Shown: piece after piece, positions 54,543 through 64,000 of the stretch
Numbering within the stretch: the first letter of the stretch is position 1
Layout of the letters: every line of letters starts with the position of its first letter
Origin: Bugula neritina
Taxonomy: Eukaryota; Animalia; Bryozoa
Assembly (NCBI GenBank): GCA_964035545.1
Contig: OZ037768.1
Coordinates: forward strand, 24,461,319-24,525,318
DNA length: 64,000 nucleotides
Direction of reading: 5' to 3'
The notes under the pieces: model-generated
Told to the model about the DNA's origin: nothing
Databases searched by the model: none
Seen by the model: the letters and a program-made list of their open reading frames with translations, nothing else
Program-made: the position numbers and the translations under genes

Positions 54543-57315
54543 TCACTCGTCCTTCTTTCCATGCTTCAAGATTCTTGTGAACTCGAGGTAGTCAAAGTTC
54601 TGGCCTTTGATTGGAGCCTCTCTCAGCAATTCATCCACCTGAGATATAAAACAATGACTTCTACTTAGCAATAAGTCAATATAAAAATAATCTCAATATA
54701 TATATTTTTATATACAAAACTTGTGGGTGTTTTAAAAGAATATTTATGTTTACATGAAATTAACTTTTCAATGAAAAACTGTAGCGGATTGAAGCAGTAG
54801 TGAGCTAGGACATTAGAGACGGTCTAACACAGATTTCTCTGCAACTACTTCAACACTTGATTTAAAGTAAAGTTTGAAGTGTTTCACTGTCAAGTATCCA
54901 ACTTTCCATGAAGTATTAGAAGATGACGTAAGAAGTGACAAGTTGGCAGCTAAGTTATGGTAATTCTGACCACTTGTCACTTGAATGACAGAGTCACACC
55001 GACCTTTGACCTCTCCATACCTACACAACTAATATTCAGAGTCTAACATAATACATGATATTATTAGGGTATGTGTGGTGTAGAGGTCATTGCAGCTTTA
55101 CCTCTTCATCCGTGAACCTGTCCCCCATTGTCGTCAGTATTTCCCGAAGATATTCTTCTTTCAAGTAACCTGTGAATACATTATATTATATTGTTAGCAC
55201 TGCACACATTATGTTTATGGCTGAGGACTGTTTCAGTAAAATATGGTCAGATATTAAAATAATAAATATCAGTTATTTCCACAAACTGTTGCAAGACGAG
55301 CAGCGGTGTTGTTGATGTTTAAATGATGTGCCTGACTAGAATTCTACGAGACAACATCCAGTTAACTAAAGGACAACGAGGGGCAGTGAACCCCCCCCCC
55401 CTTGACACTCACCATGCTTATCACTAGGATTATATGCTAGTCACACCCCGACACGTAATATGAACACAGCTTACGCTGTGCTGGACAGATCAGTGCCAAC
55501 TCAAGTCAAATATTTCTTCATTAATTTTCTTAGCCTGTAACTAATGTGACGTGTAACTAATGTGACGCATGAACTGGCATGACTAATTCACTGTTTTGTC
55601 ACACTTGACGGACTTTTAGAAAGCTGTTACTTGTTATGCTGTAGGCCTAAATACTGGGGATTAGATTTGTTGGTATATCATTTTACTTTTCTCTATATGG
55701 GGAGGGAATTAATATGTATCAGCATAAACAGCACGTGAGGGTAGAGTGAGTGAGGGTAGAGCTGTGATGTTCCCTTAGCAGCTGTTTATTGTTATCGCAA
55801 GGTCTGTCTGGACATTAACAAGTAAAATGTATAATATTTTTAGTATAATTAACTTAATCAGTACACAGCTACTGTTTTGAAGTTGTCCCTTCTTTTAACA
55901 CTAACAATATCAAGGTTTACACTCTTGAATGGAGAAACTTATGTTTCCATCAAAGATTATTATTTAAAAGGTGTGTAAACTCAACTCGGAGAGCTCAAGT
56001 AACTTGAGGAGTTGTGCTCCCTGCACAATTCCGAACAGCTTGACTTTATGAACGCGGTTAGCATAGTATATAGCTCAATCTCTGGACAATGAAGAGAACA
56101 ATAGTTTCCAACCTTCACCTTGCACACTGCCATTTAAAGTTGTAAGTTTTCAGTTAATACTAATTTTGAGACAAGCAATAAAGTAATATAACTATTGTTA
56201 TTTCACTTAAAATAGCCAAACTTCTACAACTTGGTTTTAGGGCTAACCTTTTCCTTCGTCATCAAAGCAGCCAAAAGCGTTTCTGATCACATCTTCTGGA
56301 TCCGTCCCGGTGAGCTTTTCCCCGAACATCGTGAGAAACATGGTGAAGTTGATGGGACCGGGCGATCCGGCAATCATACTCTCCACATACTGGTCGGTTG
56401 CATTCTTACCTTCAGCAACAGAGAGTTAGGTAGAAATTGTGTTAGTACACAACTTCATTGTAAATTCCAACTTTCTGAGTCAGATTATGCAATGAAACAG
56501 ACATTACATTCTTTACATGCCGATATTAATGGCAACCAACAATAAGCACGGATTATGTTTCAGTAAAAACTTGAAGCATTCAGTAGCCGGTCTAAACTCG
56601 GCAATTGTCTCTTTCATCGTCTGCTACATTACAGGGTCTCATATTCACACAGAGAGCAGTAAATAGTTGGGGTTGTGTTACAGTAGACTCTTTCAACCTT
56701 CACTGATTAACAGTAGATGTTTACATGGTACGGCGTATCTATCATACTTCAGTGGGTTGTGGTTCACATAATATGTGTAAATAGATATTGAAGCTATGTA
56801 ACTAGAACTATGACTATAACTGTAGTTGTGACTCCAACTATGACTATGACTGTATGTGACTACAACTATTTGATTGGACTGTTCTAATGACTTCAGTTGT
56901 ACATTAAGCTTAAAGAGCCACTGCAAAACTTTATAAACTTTCCCTTGACTCATCAAACAGAAAAGATCTGTTGTTTACCAACTGTGTTAGAAAAAAACTG
57001 TCTAGTAATAGTGCAAATTATTGGTCTATATTTCAGTGACCTCCCACCATCTCTTACAACCCAGCAGAGCTCTGCTGCTGAACTGAAGTCACCAGGTGCA
57101 AGTTGAAGTCTACTTCACATACCTAGTGAAGCCAACATGTCCGCCAAGTCATCCTTGTCTATGAATCCATCCCGATTTTGGTCAATCATGTTGAATGCTT
57201 CTTTAAACTCCTGAATCTGAGCTTGATCAAACATAGCAAACACATTGCTAGTCGATCTCTGCGCTCTTTTCTTAGTTGTCTTTGATTTACCAGCTCCAAC
57301 TTTACGGGCAGACAT
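54543..57315 (-). CDS. Non-muscle/smooth-type myosin regulatory light chain (sqh/MYL9/MYL12-like), 4 coding exons
   Basis: [101 protein letters not shown]. Confidence 0.96.
55930..56090. mobile_element. Diverged second copy of the 27-kb retrozyme-like repeat
   Basis: Shares GAAACTTATGTTTC, TATTTAAAAGGTGTGTAAACTCAA, GAGAGCTCAAGT, CAGCTTGA and CTCAATCTsTGGACA with 26970-27185. Confidence 0.7.
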
Positions 57316-58202
57316 TTTGATGAAAGTTTGTCTAAAACACTGCACCATGAGAGTTAGTATATCAAAATGAATTCGATAATATTCAACTTTAACATAATTT
57401 TAGCAATATTATATTAATTTATCATATATTGCTAAGAATTTGTAAATACTAAAAGTAAAAGTAAATAGTAAATATACGTTGTGACAGGAAATAATAATTA
57501 ATAATTATTAAAATTATTTCAAAATGCATCAAATTAATCTTTTTATTTCAAAGATTTTAAAGAACACATGCCAAATCGAAGATAGCTGCTAAAAGTTGAA
57601 ATAATTACTAACCTTTGAAGAGATGTTGAAACAAAGATTTTTAACTTGTTACGAACTGCCTTTTAAATGTGGGAGCGCAATTATAGAACACTCTTTTCCT
57701 TCTGCTATGCGTTCAACAATCGTCAACTGACCACTGAAACGACTACCTTAATGTGGGCGGGGCTTTGACGTTCCGCAATAACTGCCTAGATAGAGGCGGA
57801 GCTTGAGGAACGCAGGAGTTTTAACATTCACAGGAAGACAACTCTCATTTTTAAAGAGCGAACAACTCCCCAAATAATAAAAACGCCGTAAACTTATAAG
57901 CCAAGAGAAAGCAGCAAGGTGCCAATAGAGAGGTTGAAGTTTAAATACAAGTTCAGTGTGCACGGATATGTGATTGTTTTAAAAGCATAATTTTATTTAG
58001 TCTTAAATAGTACAATATTTTACACAATTTACAAAAATTCCAACATACTTCATTCTTTCATCTAGAAACTAAATGACACCAAATAATTTCCGAATGATTG
58101 CATACAATACACCTTTACAAAAATGTCTAGCAGTATAAAGTAATCATCATTAGGTAAAAATGGAGTAAATCTAAATGAAGCCTGTCTGGGAGTAGGAGGA
58201 GT

Positions 58203-62391
<4,189 letters not shown>

Positions 62392-64000
62392 GGTAGACAA
62401 CTCTTAAAACTGCTTCAAAACTGCTACAAGCTATGAAGAAAGTTGCACTGGAAACATCACATGCTAAAAATAGAAGCATACCAATAAGTATAACATAGTA
62501 AAATACAAACTGATAAAAAAGAATAGTGTAACTCAACTACTACTCCACTAACATTGTGATTATTTTACAACCACGCACTGTTGACAATACGAAGACAGCA
62601 GTAGCAACTAGTACTACAACTATTACCTCATGCTCATATTCATATTGATTTACCACTCACAGTAACTACTAGTACTAACTATTCGTGGCGATAGTCATTA
62701 CAAATATAATTAGTAATTACGTCTGCCAGCTGCAAAATCTACAACCTATAATGACAATATGTAAAACTGAAAGTGATACTCATTTTCATAGTATCATCTC
62801 ATACGACTCATAGTCTTACTCATACTGATACAGTTTCAGCTTGAGTTTGACTTTCACTTTGAGTTACATAATCATAATCATAATGACTCAACTTCCCTAA
62901 TAGTAATTCGAATTTACTTTTAAAAAACCGTTAGGCATGAGCAAAAATATACAATTTAAGTAACTTATGCGAATAAAATTGAATGCAACAAATATCAATG
63001 TGAATGGGTGCTAAACATTTACTTTTAGTTTTAGTGACTTACTAAGTCTAACACTAGTTTAAGTTGCAACTCAATTCAGTTGAACATGTAAGTTACTTAG
63101 ATTCCGTACTCCAAACGCGCAAGATGACAAAGCGCATATTGCTATGAGAAAACGCATAAAAATGTAAGGTTTTTATGTTAATCTGTTTACCTGCAGCCCT
63201 AACTTTATTACACACCGGCGATAGAAGAAAAATCGCCAACTGAAACTTCCATTAAACGCATTTAATTTGAATTAATACTAATTTTACTAATAGTAATACT
63301 AATAGCCATTTGCGAGTATCGCTGCAACTCCAAAGCTGTTTGGAATCTGTCAGTAAGTGTAACTTTAAAATTGATTTGAAGGTTATTATTTTGGACTACG
63401 CGGTTACTGCTAATTCTGCATAGTCATAAATCATAAACTTAAAGTTAAACACTAAAACTAAAAGTAAATGTGCTGTTTTGCAAATTTATTGTAAAATTAA
63501 ATAATTAATCTGATTTTTAATTTACTAAAAGTAAATCACTAAATTATTTAGTGATTTACTTTTAGTTTTACTTCTAATGACTTACTTTTTAGTCACACTG
63601 ATACTGATAGTGATACTCATTGCAGTTACTGATTAGTGATTCACTGATTGAGTCATTCACTCATTGGCCTTTGCAGTCATGGGCCATGGGTCATTAGTGA
63701 TTATTCATTACTCATGAGTCATTAGGCTTACTCTTAGTTTTAGTGATTTTGATTTAGTTTTGCTTAAAGTAAATCACAAAATCATTATCACTAAATCATC
63801 TTAAATAATTTACCTATTAGTATTAACAATAGTTTTATTTTTTTATTTTTAGTTTTGCTTTTAGTAATTGGAATAGCTTCAAGGTTAAGATTGCAATGTT
63901 GAACTTTAAGTTGAAAGCATACGAGTTCAAGTTGTGACGTAGTCGCACTCATTGAATTAGTGGTTTTCTAAAATCTCCCTTGTACGCACATTATCAGAAT

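Overview
Gene-dense, AT-rich, intron-rich region of an invertebrate animal genome; the exact taxon cannot be determined from this sequence. Spliced genes reconstructed by hand from GT-AG junctions, in order: PIP4K2 (+), CISD3 (-, absent from the ORF track), two 2-exon orphan genes (+), SLC30A5/ZnT5 (-), OPLAH (+, about 30 exons) with an antisense GH5 endoglycoceramidase nested in one intron, a secreted SUEL-lectin-like protein with a probable GPI anchor (+), tRNA-Arg(ACG) (-), an uncharacterised 6-exon gene (+), a myosin regulatory light chain (-) and CNOT11 (-). Mobile DNA: a Penelope-like GIY-YIG remnant with a minimal hammerhead ribozyme, a second retrozyme-like hammerhead repeat, and a 422-bp foldback MITE with a 4-bp TSD. 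The most striking feature is that many introns are filled with minisatellites, each with its own unit, and several units are copies of that intron's own splice junction, its flanking exon end, or branch-point-like sequence. Two further arrays are built on a gene's stop codon. Many long ORFs in the supplied track are artefacts of these arrays.
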